64,000 bases of DNA from Macrostomum hystrix (lineage: Eukaryota > Animalia > Platyhelminthes). The stretch spans positions 4,588,001-4,652,000 of the forward strand of contig CATNEN010000011.1 in assembly GCA_950097015.1 (NCBI GenBank), written 5' to 3'. The first letter of the stretch is position 1. Each line of letters begins with the position of its first letter. The position numbers and the translations under genes were made by a program. Positions 52,610-64,000 of the stretch are shown here, piece after piece. The notes under the pieces are model-generated. The model was not told where the DNA came from, did not search any database, and saw nothing but the letters and a program-made list of their open reading frames with translations.

Positions 52610-55600
52610 TATTTTGGTCCAAGACGGAAGCGCTTCATGGCTTCTCACGGTACAGTAAAATTCAAATTGACCTCTATCTATTGTGCTCCATTTTATTCAA
52701 ACAAAATAAAAAATACATATTAATTAAACGAATAAAAGCTAATTATATAAGTTCCTAATGTCATTCACCCCAGGGCCCTTAGTCTCCCATGTCCTCATTC
52801 AATCTCTCAGATCCTTATTCGATCTCCCAGATCCTCATTAAATCTCCCAGATCCTCATTCAATCTGCCAGATCCTCATTCAATCTCCTTGTTCCTCATTA
52901 AATCTCACAGATCCTCATTAAGTCTCCCATATCCACATTCAATCTCCCATATCCTCATTCGATCTCCCAGATGCTTATGCAATCTCCCAGATCCTCATTC
53001 AATCTCCCAGATCCTCATTCAATCTCCCAGATCCTCATTAAATCTCCCAGATCCTCATTAAATCTCCCATATCCTCATTCAATCTCCCATATCCTCATTC
53101 AATCTCCCAGATGCTTATGCAATCTCCCAGATCCTCATTCAATCTCCCAGATCCTCATTCAATCTCCCATATCTTCATTAAATCTCCCAGATCCTCATTA
53201 AATCTCCCATATCCTCATTCAATCTCCCAGATGCTTATGCAATCTTCCAGATCCTCATTCAATCTCCCAGATCCCCATTCAATCTCCCATATCCTCATTC
53301 AATCTCCCAGATGCTTATGCAATCTCCCAGATCCTCATTCAATCTCCCAGATGCTTATGCAATCTCCCATATCCTCATTCAATCTCCCAGATGCTTATGC
53401 AATCTCCCATATCCTCATTCAATCTCCCAGATGCTTATGCAATCTCCCATATCCTCATTAAATCTCCCAGATCCTCATTAAATCTCCCATATCCTCATTC
53501 AATCTCCCAGATGCTTATGCAATCTTCCAGATCCTCATTAAATCTCCCAGATCCCCATTCAATCTCCCATATCCTCATTCAATCTCCCAGATGCTTATGC
53601 AATCTCCCAGATCCTCATTAAATCTCCCATATCCTCATTCAATCTCCCATATCCTCATTCAATCTCCCAGATGCTTATGCAATCTCCCAGATCCTCATTC
53701 AATCTCCCATATCCTCATTTAATCTCCCAGATGCTTATGCAATCTCCCAGATCCTCATTCAATTCCCCAGATCCTCATTCATTCTCCCAGATCCTCATTC
53801 AATCTCCCAGATCCTTATTCGATCTCCCAGATCCTCATTCAATCTCCCAGATCCTTATTCGATCTTTAAGTTATTTTTAAGCATATATCGCCAATTTAGA
53901 ACAAATGCCACCGAATTTTTACATTTGTTTTTTTTGAGCACTTGAACTTACATTGCCTCTAAATAGAGTTATTTGCTGAGCACAAACATGCAAAATAACC
54001 AAAGAAAATTCGGCTTATTTCACCTCTACCTTTTTCCCTCTCGTTTTAGTGTGTGACCATTTTTTCATTTACACTTTTAACTTTTAATACGCATGCTTTT
54101 TCTCAGCTTTCAAAGACAGGAAACAAGCTCGTTTTGTGCATAAATTATTCCCACTGCAACTTAGGCCAGGCGTTGCTGTTGCGGATTATAAACTCGACTT
54201 GAATTCATAATTAGATTATAGAATATAAGTCGTCTAATTAAATTTCGTTATTCCACACTATTCTACTGATTAGTTGCTAGTCTAGTAATATGATTTGCAT
54301 TTTTCGATATAAATAGTTTAGTTTCAATTTATTCGGTAATTTAAATTTTTTGCTCATAAATTTTCTTTAAACCAAATATGACCGCATTTTAAGATTCTGG
54401 GTTGTGAATTTTTGTTCTTTTTTTTCAGCAACTGCTTTTGACTCAAAACGCTCAATAGATGGGAATATAGAGTGTGCAGTGTCAGTGGATGGGATCTAAG
54501 AGTCTGCAGTGTCAGTGGATGGGATCTAAGAGTGTGCAGTGTCAGTGGATGGGATCTAAGAGTCTGCAGTGTCAGTGGATGGGATTCTAGAGTCTGCAGT
54601 GTCAGTGGATGGGATCTAAGAATCTGCAGTGTCAGTGGATGGGATCTAAGAGTCTGCAGTGTCAGTGGATGGGATTCTAGAGTCTGCAGTGTCAGTGGAT
54701 GGGATCTAAGAGTGTGCAGTGTCAGTGGATGGGATTCTAGAGTCTGCAGTGTCAGTGGATGGGATCTAAGAGTGTGCAGTGTCAGTGGATGGGATTCTAG
54801 AGTCTGCAGTGTCAGTGGATGGGATCTAAGAGTGTGCAGTGTCAGTGGATGGGATCTAAGAGTCTGCAGTGTCAGTGGATGGGATCTAAGAGTGTGCAGT
54901 GTCAGTGGATGGGATCTAAGAGTGTGCAGTGTCAGTGGATGGGATCTAAGAGTGTGCAGTGTCAGTGGAAGGGATCTAAGAGTCTGCAGTGTCAGTGGAT
55001 GGGATCTAAGAGTGTGCAGTGTCAGTGGATGGGATCTAAGAGTCTGCAGTGTCAGTGGATGGGATCTAAGAGTCTGCAGTGTCAGTGGATGGGATCTAAG
55101 AGTGTGCAGTGTCAGTGGATGGGATCTAAGAGTCTGCAGTGTCAGTGGATGGGATCTAAGAGTCTGCAGTGTCAGTGGATGGGATCTAAGAGTGTGCAGT
55201 GTCAGTGGATGGGATCTAAGAGTCTGCAGTGTCAGTGGATGGGATCTAAGAGTCTGCAGTGTCAGTGGATGGGATCTAAGAGTGTGCAGTGTCAGTGGAT
55301 GGGATCTAAGAGTCTGCAGTGTCAGTGGATGGGATCTAAGAGTCTGCAGTGTCAGTGGATGGGATCTAAGAGTGTGCAGTGTCAGTGGATGGGATCTAAG
55401 AGTCTGCAGTGTCAGTGGATGGGATCTAAGAGTGTGCAGTGTCAGTGGATGGGATCTAAGAGTGTGCAGTGTCAGTGGATGGGATCTAAGAGTCTGCAGT
55501 GTCAGTGGATGGGATCTAAGAGTCTGCAGTGTCAGTGGATGGGATCTAAGAGTCTGCAGTGTCAGTGGATGGGATTCTAGAGTCTGCAGTGTCAGTGGAT

Positions 55601-58600
55601 GGGATCTAAGAGTGTGCAGTGTCAGTGGATGGGATTCTAGAGTCTGCAGTGTCAGTGGATGGGATCTAAGAGTGTGCAGTGTCAGTGGATGGGATTCTAG
55701 AGTCTGCAGTGTCAGTGGATGGGATCTAAGAGTCTGCAGTGTCAGTGGATGGGATTCTAGAGTCTGCAGTGTCAGTGGATGGGATCTAAGAGTGTGCAGT
55801 GTCAGTGGATGGGATTCTAGAGTCTGCAGTGTCAGTGGATGGGATCTAAGAGTGTGCAGTGTCAGTGGATGGGATCTAAGAGTCTGCAGTGTCAGTGGAT
55901 GGGATCTAAGAGTCTGCAGTGTCAGTGGATGGGATCTAAGAGTGTGCAGTGTCAGTGGATGGGATCTAAGAGTGTGCAGTGTCAGTGGATGGGATCTAAG
56001 AGTCTGCAGTGTCAGTGGATGGGATCTAAGAGTGTGCAGTGTCAATGGATGGGATCTAAGAGTGTGCAGTGTCAGTGGATGGGATCTAAGAGTGTGCAGT
56101 GTCAGTGGATGGACAAAATTTATCTCTAAGTATCCCTAAAGCTGGGGGTCGGTGGCAGAGCGGTTAACGCTTTGCCTCTCGCACCAAGGTCTCTAAGTTC
56201 GATTCTACGGCGAGGCCAAATTCATTTTGGGCCGCAGCCGCGGAGAGAAGGCTTGGGGGCTTGTCGTGCAATTTACGCCCTTGAGGTCCAACCTCATAAG
56301 CACAGTGAGAGTGTACACTGCCTGACGATGAGAAAGTCAGGTCAGATTTTCTCAACTGTGTGAGCGAGTGCCTGCGTACGTTATCTGTGTGCGTGTGTGC
56401 TCAGGAGTCTGCGAAGTTGCCTCCTCGCTGGCTGCGGGTCTGGTGTTACGAAATAATGTGCCATTGCCCGCAGCCTCCTGCAATTATTATTATTATTATT
56501 ATTATCCCTAAAGCAATTAACTTTTGATCATTCTGTCAGACTGGAGCAATAATGGTTTCCGTGGTCAGCATCAGCACCATTATCAGCAGCAGCAGCAGCA
56601 AAGCTATTATCAATCGTCTTATCAGCAGCAGGAGCAGAAGCATCAGCAGTTATTGCGCAATCATCATCATCCGAATTCCTCCTCTGGCCACCGTGGCTCC
56701 TGGCGTCTGGGATCGATGCACGATCATCGACACGACAGTAATGGCTCCCAGACCCAAAACCTGCATCAGCTGAGGAGAGGCAATCGGTCAGAGGAGAGAG
56801 TACGCTCTGGTACAACTAGAGCCGCAGCAGCAGCAGCAGCAGCCGCCGTAGCAACCACGACTGGGGCAGCAGCTGAAAATAGCTCTGGCCCCACAAAATC
56901 TTCCGCTGAACCAGCTGAAAATGCCGATTATGAATCCGCGCCAAATTTGGAAATGCCTCCAGCGCCTCAGGTGCGTGTGTGTCTGGGATTTTGACGATAA
57001 AAATGGGATTTGGATTGGGAACAGGATTTTAAGGTTTGATAATAATAATAGAAGGTTGAAGTATCGTATTTGAAGGTTTGAGAATGGGATTTGAAGGTTT
57101 GAGAATGGGATTTGAAGGTTGAAGTATCGGATTTGAAGGTTTGAGAATGGGATTTGAAGGTTTGAGAATGGGATTTGAAGGTTTGAGAATGGGATTTGAA
57201 GGTTTGAGAATGGGATTTGAAGGTTTGAGAATGGGATTTGAAGGTTTGAGAATGGGATTGAAGTGGGATTTTTACTGTGCAAAATCCTATCTCCCATCCT
57301 TTTATTCAGGTGTCTGACATCGAGTCCACCAGCGCAGTCATTCAGGTGCTTCCGCCGGACGGTCTAACAGACGACGACCTGATCGAGGCCGTCTACGAAT
57401 TGCACTTGTCGGATAAGTCGGCCAGGGGACCCTACAGCCGGGTGTTCGATGGACAGGCTGAAGAAATCTGTCTGCGAGACCTTCGGGCAGGTCAGCGATA
57501 CTGGGCGAAGTCTATGGCCAAACTGCCGGCCAGCGGCGGCAGCAGCGGCTTCAGCCCGGCTGCTCATTTTCGCACTCTGTCAGCGCCACCGACCGCGCCA
57601 GCGTCGGCACCCGAACTGGTTGGCCGACCGGGCGCCACCTGGCTGACTCTGCGATGGCTGGCGCCACTGCGAGACAACGGGGCGCCCGTGACTACCTACG
57701 TCCTACAGGCTGCCGCTTCCGACAAGCCAGGAGGTGGGTGATTGCGGCTGGGGTGATCGGTTTTTGTACGGCCTGCTTCTGGTAGCTTCCGATTGCTTCT
57801 ACGAAATGGGTACCAGCATTAGCTGGGGTAATTGAGGGTGGGTGTGGCGTCTCCTCAGTCCATGGACAGAACAGCCGTACGCTGTCTTCAGATAGCACAG
57901 ACGCAATAGCTGCGGCTGTAAGTTCCTGAAGATTGTAGTAAGTTCCTGAAGATTCTAGTAAATTCCTGAAGATTCTAGTAAGTTCCTGAAGACTCTAGTA
58001 AGTTCCTGAAGATTGTAGTAAGTTCCTGAAGATTCTAGTAAGTTCCTGAAGATTATAGTAAGTTCCTGAAGATTCTAGTAAATTCCTGAAGATTCTAGTA
58101 AGTTCCTGAAGATTCTAGTAAGTTCCTGAAGATTGTAGTAAGTTCCTGAAGATTGTAGTAAGTTCCTGAAGATTGTAGTAAGTTCCTGAAGATTCTAGTA
58201 AGTTCCTGAAGATTCTAGTAAGTTCCTGAAGGTTGTAGTAAGTTCCTGTAGTTTCTTAAATGCTTGCTACAAAGCAGTTTGTTTCATCTTCACCTGCAGT
58301 GGAAAGCCTGGAGCTGTACCGCGGCCCGCTACTGCAGCACCGCTGCGACGGCCTATCCCCGAACACCAATTATTGGTTCCGTGTTGCGGCCGTGAACTCG
58401 TTGGGTCAGAGCGAGTTTTCCCCGTCGGTTACCTTGACAACGAGCGATCCGACAGCTCCGCACGCTGGACCCGACAGGCCAAAGCCGCCGAGGCGGCTGC
58501 GGCTGCGCAACAACCCCAGCGGTGGCCGCTACGTTCTAGTCTGGGCGCCACCGGAGGAGGACGGTGGCTGCCCGCTTATCGAATACGTGGTTAGTTATTG

Positions 58601-61600
58601 ACATTAGCAACAGCATAGCTACCACCATAACTACAACATTAAAATACAGTAACAAGTGCAAAGCAACCATAACAACAACATTGCAAGCACCATAACAACA
58701 GCATAGCAACCACCATAACAACAGCATAGCAACCACTATATCAGCATAGCAACCACTATATCAGCATAGCAACCACTATATCAGCATAGCAACCATATCT
58801 ACAGCATAGCAACCATATCTACAGCACAGCAACCATAAAAACTACAGCATTGCACCCAAAACTACAGCATAGCAGCCATAAGTACAGCATAGCAGCCATA
58901 AATACAGAATAGCAACCATAACTACAGCATAGCAGCCATAAGTACAGCATAGCAGCCATAAGTACAGCATAGCAGCCATAACTACAGCATAGCAGCCATA
59001 AATACAGAATAGCAACCATAACTACAGCATAGCAGCCAAAACTACAGCATAGCAGCCATAACTACAGCATAGCAGCCATAAATACAGAATAGCAACCATA
59101 ACTACAGCATAGCAGCCATAAGTACAGCATAGCAGCCATAAGTACAGCATAGCAGCCATAACTACAGCATAGCAGCCATAACTACAGCATAGCAGCCATA
59201 ACTACAGCATAGCAGCCATAACTACAGCATAGCAGCCATAACAACAGCATAGCAGCCATAACAACAGCATAGCAACCACTATATCAGCATAGCAACCACT
59301 ATATCAGCATAGCAACCACTATATCAGCATAGCAACCACTATATCAGCATAGCAACCATATCTACAGCATAGCAACCATATCTACAGCACAGCAACCATA
59401 AAAACTACAGCATTGCACCCAAAACTACAGCATAGCAGCCAAAACTACAGCATAGCAACCACCATAACTACAGCATAGCAGCCATAACTACAGCATAGCA
59501 GCCATAACCACAGCATAGCAGCCATAACTACAGCATAGCAGCCATAACTACAGCATAGCAGCCATAACTACAGCATAGCAGTCATAACTACAGCATAGCA
59601 GCCATAACTACAGCATAGCAGCCATAACTACAGCATAGCAGTCATAACTACAGCATAGCAGCCATAACAACAGCATAGCAACCACTATATCAGCATAGCA
59701 ACCACTATATCAGCATAGCAACCACTATATCAGCATAGCAACCATATCTACAGCATAGCAACCATATCTACAGCACAGCAACCATAAAAACTACAGCATT
59801 GCACCCAAAACTACAGCATAGCAACCATATCTACAGCACAGCAACCATAAAAACTACAGCATTGCACCCAAAACTACAGCATAGCAGCCATAAGTACAGC
59901 ATAGCAGCCATAACTACAGCATAGCAGCCATAACTACAGCATAGCAGCCATAACTACAGCATAGCAGCCATAACTACAGCATAGCAACCACCATAACTAC
60001 AGCATAGCAGCCATAACTACAGCATAGCAGCCATAACTACAGCATAGCAGCCATAACTACAGCATAGCAGCCATAACTACAGCATAGCAGCCATAACTAC
60101 AGCATAGCAACCATAAAAACTACAGCATTGCACCCAAAACTACAGCATAGCAGCCATAACTACAGCATAGCAGCCATAACTACAGCATAGCAGCCATAAC
60201 TACGGCATAGCAGCCATAACTACAGCATAGCAGCCATAACTACAGCATAGCAGCCATAACTACAGCATAGCAGCCATAACTACAGCATAGCAACCACCAT
60301 AACTACAGCATAGCAGCCATAACTACAGCATAGCAGCCATAACTACAGCATAGCAGCCATAACTACAGCATAGCAGCCATAACTACAGCATAGCAGCCAT
60401 AACTACAGCATAGCAGCCATAACTACAGCATAGCAGCCATAACTACAGCATAGCAGCCATAACTACAGCATAGCAGCCATAACTACAGCATAGCAGCCAT
60501 AACTACAGCATAGCAGCCATAACTACAGCATAGCAGCCATAACTACAGCATAGCAGCCATAACTACAGCATAGCAACCACCATAACTACAGCATAGCAGC
60601 CATAACTACAGCATAGCAGCCATAACTACAGCATAGCAGCCAAAACTACAGCATAGCAGCCATAACTACAGCATAGCAGCCAAAACTACAGCATAGCAGC
60701 CATAACTACAGCATAGCAGCCATAACTACAGCATAGCAGCCATAACTACAGCATAGCAGCCATAACTACAGCATAGCAGCCATAACTACAGCATAGCAGC
60801 CATAACTACAGCATAGCAGCCATAACCACAGCATAGCAGCCGTAACTACAGCATAGCAGCCGTAACTACAGCATAGCAGCCATAACTACAGCATAGCAGC
60901 CATAACTACAGCATAGCAGCCATAACTACAGCATAGCAGCCATAACTACAGCATAGCAGCCATAACTACAGCATAGCAGCCATAACTACAGCATAGCAGC
61001 CATAACTACAGCATAGCAGCCATAACTACAGCATAGCAGCCATAACTACAGCATAGCAACCACCATAACTACAGCATAGCAGCCATAACTACAGCATAGC
61101 AGCCATAACTACAGCATAGCAACCACCATAACTACAGCATAGCAGCCATAACTACAGCATAGCAGCCATAACTACAGCATAGCAGCCATAACAACAGCAT
61201 AGCAGCCATAACTACAGCATAGCAGCCAAAACTACAGCATAGCAGCCATAACTACAGCATAGCAGCCATAACTACAGCATAGCAGCCATAACTACAGCAT
61301 AGCAGCCATAACTACAGCATAGCAGCCATAACTACAGCATAGCAGCCATAACTACAGCATAGCAGCCATAACAACAGCATAGCAGCCATAACTACAGCAT
61401 AGCAGCCATAACTACAGCATAGCAGCCATAACTACAGCATAGCAGCCATAACTACAGCATAGCAGCCATAACTACAGCATAGCAGCCATAACCACAGCAT
61501 AGCAGCCATAACTACAGCATAGCAGCCGTAACTACAGCATAGCAGCCATAACTACAGCATAGCAGCCATAACTACAGCATAGCAGCCATAACTACAGCAT

Positions 61601-64000
61601 AGCAGCCATAACTACAGCATAGCAGCCATAACTACAGCATAGCAGCCATAACTACAGCATAGCAGCCATAACTACAGCATAGCAGTCATAACTACAGCAT
61701 AGCAGCCATAACAACAGCATAGCAACCACTATATCAGCATAGCAACCACTATATCAGCATAGCAACCACTATATCAGCATAGCAACCATATCTACAGCAT
61801 AGCAACCATATCTACAGCACAGCAACCATAAAAACTACAGCATTGCACCCAAAACTACAGCATAGCAACCATATCTACAGCACAGCAACCATAAAAACTA
61901 CAGCATTGCACCCAAAACTACAGCATAGCAGCCATAAGTACAGCATAGCAGCCATAACTACAGCATAGCAGCCATAACTACAGCATAGCAGCCATAACTA
62001 CAGCATAGCAGCCATAACTACAGCATAGCAGCCATAACTACAGCATAGCAGCCATAACTACAGCATAGCAGCCATAACTACAGCATAGCAGCCATAACTA
62101 CAGCATAGCAGCCATAACTACAGCATAGCAGCCATAACTACAGCATAGCAGCCATAACTACAGCATAGCAGCCATAACTACAGCATAGCAGCCATAACTA
62201 CAGCATAGCAGCCATAACTACAGCATAGCAGCCATAACTACAGCATAGCAGCCATAACTACAGCATAGCAGCCATAACTACAGCATAGCAGCCATAACTA
62301 CAGCATAGCAGCCATAACTACAGCATAGCAACCACCATAACTACAGCATAGCAGCCATAACTACAGCATAGCAGCCATAACTACAGCATAGCAGCCATAA
62401 CTACAGCATAGCAGCCATAACTACAGCATAGCAGCCATAACTACAGCATAGCAGCCATAACTACAGCATAGCAGCCATAACTACAGCATAGCAGCCATAA
62501 CTACAGCATAGCAGCCATAACTACAGCATAGCAGCCATAACTACAGCATAGCAAGCCCATAACTACAGCATAGCAAGCCCATAACTACAGCATAGCAGCC
62601 ATAACTACAGCATAGCAGCCATAACTACAGCATAGCAGCCATAACTACAGCATAGCAGCCATAACCTACAGCATAGCAGCCATAACTACAGCATAGCAGC
62701 CATAACTACAGCATAGCAGCCATAACTACAGCATAGCAGCCATAACTACAGCATAGCAGCCATAACTACAGCATAGCAGCCATAACTACAGCATAGCAGC
62801 CATAACTACAGCATAGCAGCCATAACTACAGCATAGCAGCCATAACTACAGCATAGCAGCCATAACTACAGCATAGCAGCCATAAACACAGCATAGCAGC
62901 CATAACTACAGCGATAGCAGCCATAACTACAGCATAGCAGCCAAGATCCATAACTACAGCATAGCAGCCATAACTACAGCATAGTAGTCATAACCAGCAT
63001 AGCAGCCATAACCACAGCATAGCAGCCGTAACTACAGCATAGCAGCCATAACTACAGCATAGCAGCCATAACTACAGCATAGCAGCCATAACTACAGCAT
63101 AGCAGCCGTAACTACAGCATAGCAGCCATAACTACAGCATAGCAGCCATAACTACAGCATAGCAGCCATAACTACAGCATAGCAGCCATAACTACAGCAT
63201 AGCAGCCATAACTACAGCATAGCAGCCATAACTACAGCATAGCAGCCATAACTACAGCATAGCAGCCATAACTACAGCATAGCAGCCATAACAACAGCAT
63301 AGCAGCCATAACTACAGCATAGCAGCCATAACTACAGCATAGTAGTCATAACCAGCATAGCAGCCATAACTACAGCATAGCAGCCATAACTACAGCATAG
63401 CAGCCATAACTACAGCATAGCAGCCATAACTACAGCATAGCAGCCATAACTACAGCATAGCAGCCGTAACTACAGCATAGCAGCCATAACTACAGCATAG
63501 CAGCCATAACTACAGCATAGCAGCCATAACTACAGCATAGCAGCCATAACTACAGCATAGCAGCCATAACTACAGCATAGCAGCCATAACTACAGCATAG
63601 CAGCCATAACTACAGCATAGCAGTCGTAACTACAGCATAGCAGCCATAACTACAGCATAGCAGCCATAACTACAGCATAGCAGCCATAACTACAGCATAG
63701 CAGCCATAACTACAGCATAGCAGTCATAACCAGCATAGGAGACACCGTAACCATAGCCTAACAACCGCCCAAAACTGCCGCAAAACATTACTTGTTTCTA
63801 GATTATAATACGAGTATAAAAGGTCTAAAAAAATTTAGATTGAAGCCGGCCCGTCTGTCAATCGCTGCTGTGTGCCGGCAGATCAGCGAGAATTCGACGC
63901 CGCCAATTGGCTACCAGCTGGTAGGCGTCACTCAGTCACCGTTCGGGCACGCTCTGAGGCCGGATTGTCCGATCCAAGCGAGCCGCTGATTGTCACGGTG
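47855..64000 (+). CDS. FNDC3: Fibronectin type III domain-containing protein 3 (FNDC3A/B co-orthologue); continues beyond window
   Basis: Exons 47855-48265, 48363-48546, 52392-52649, 56540-56970, 57310-57733, 58300-58589, 63839->64000; phase-compatible. N-terminal FNDC3 signature IVMVHVGAGETFCVR..VRGPATVRMVS..VPPGHLVQQIVDENGILTHVIL. FN3 repeats WLTLRWLAPLRDNGAPVTTYVLQ, LSPNTNYWFRVAAVNSLGQSEFS, VTVRARSEAGLSDPSEPL. Start codon is a best guess. Confidence 0.9.
50692..50729. repeat. Interstitial telomeric-type repeat (CCCTAA)6
   Basis: Six exact CCCTAA units in FNDC3 intron 2. Confidence 0.85.
51700..52375. repeat. 24-bp pyrimidine array CTAATTCTCGCATTCTTTCTCCCC
   Basis: Visible tandem units, ending ~15 nt before the acceptor at 52391. 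Confidence 0.93.
52785..53865. repeat. 20-bp array AATCTCCCAGATCCTCATTC
   Basis: Visible tandem units. Confidence 0.95.
54465..56112. repeat. 30-bp near-perfect array GAGTCTGCAGTGTCAGTGGATGGGATCTAA (~55 copies)
   Basis: Visible tandem units with essentially two variable positions. Confidence 0.97.
56143..56502 (+). mobile_element. Full-length tRNA-derived SINE (family A) with (ATT)n tail and 12-bp TSD
   Basis: A-box TGGCAGAGCGG, B-box GTTCGATTC, internal CCTGAC-gatgagaaa-GTCAGG hairpin, (ATT)n tail; TATCCCTAAAGC at 56131-56142 and 56503-56514. Confidence 0.9.
57060..57262. repeat. 21-bp array TTGAAGGTTTGAGAATGGGAT
   Basis: Visible tandem units. Confidence 0.92.
57915..58250. repeat. 20-bp array AGTAAGTTCCTGAAGATTCT
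   Basis: Visible tandem units. Confidence 0.94.
58610..63740. repeat. ~5.1-kb 20-bp array CAGCATAGCAGCCATAACTA filling an FNDC3 intron
   Basis: About 250 tandem units with recurring variant blocks. Confidence 0.97.

Noticed and set aside
54354-56139. 563-aa and 555-aa ORFs
   Set aside because: Translations of a 30-bp intronic minisatellite, with no non-repeat coding context.
56311-56345. Hammerhead ribozyme (CTGACGA..GAAA) in the SINE, by analogy with schistosome Sm-alpha
   Set aside because: There is no stem II, and the CTGAC is sequestered in a hairpin with GTCAG; stems I and III could not be formed.
62550-62960. Odd single-base indel units in the large array
   Set aside because: The pattern is consistent with uncorrected long-read errors.
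58610-63740. Array as tandem RFX half-sites (ATAGCAAC variants)
   Set aside because: The dominant unit has GCAGCC, and no full X-box palindrome forms.

Overview
Eukaryotic (animal) genomic DNA. The short GC-rich exons, minisatellite-filled introns and TTAGGG-type repeat are reminiscent of the flatworm Macrostomum lignano or a relative; this is inference, not a database result. Five spliced protein-coding genes can be reconstructed by hand: DNAL1 (+, ~11.8-13.0 kb, initiator exon not located), CFAP61 (+, 13869-22694), a secreted tyrosinase-family gene (+, 23468-27274), WDR47 (-, 44267-30565) and an FNDC3 orthologue (+, from 47855, running off the window). About 35 unrelated tandem-repeat arrays (13-32 bp units, one ~70 bp, ~25 kb or ~40% of the window) fill most larger introns, and about 12 have a 20-bp period. 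A tRNA-headed SINE family is dispersed in roughly nine full or partial copies; one copy has a 12-bp TSD, and one is split by a second, different SINE with its own 12-bp TSD. Most long ORFs in the supplied track are translations of minisatellites, not genes. No gene could be supported in 1-10 kb. Exon boundaries were read by eye, and repeat boundaries are approximate.
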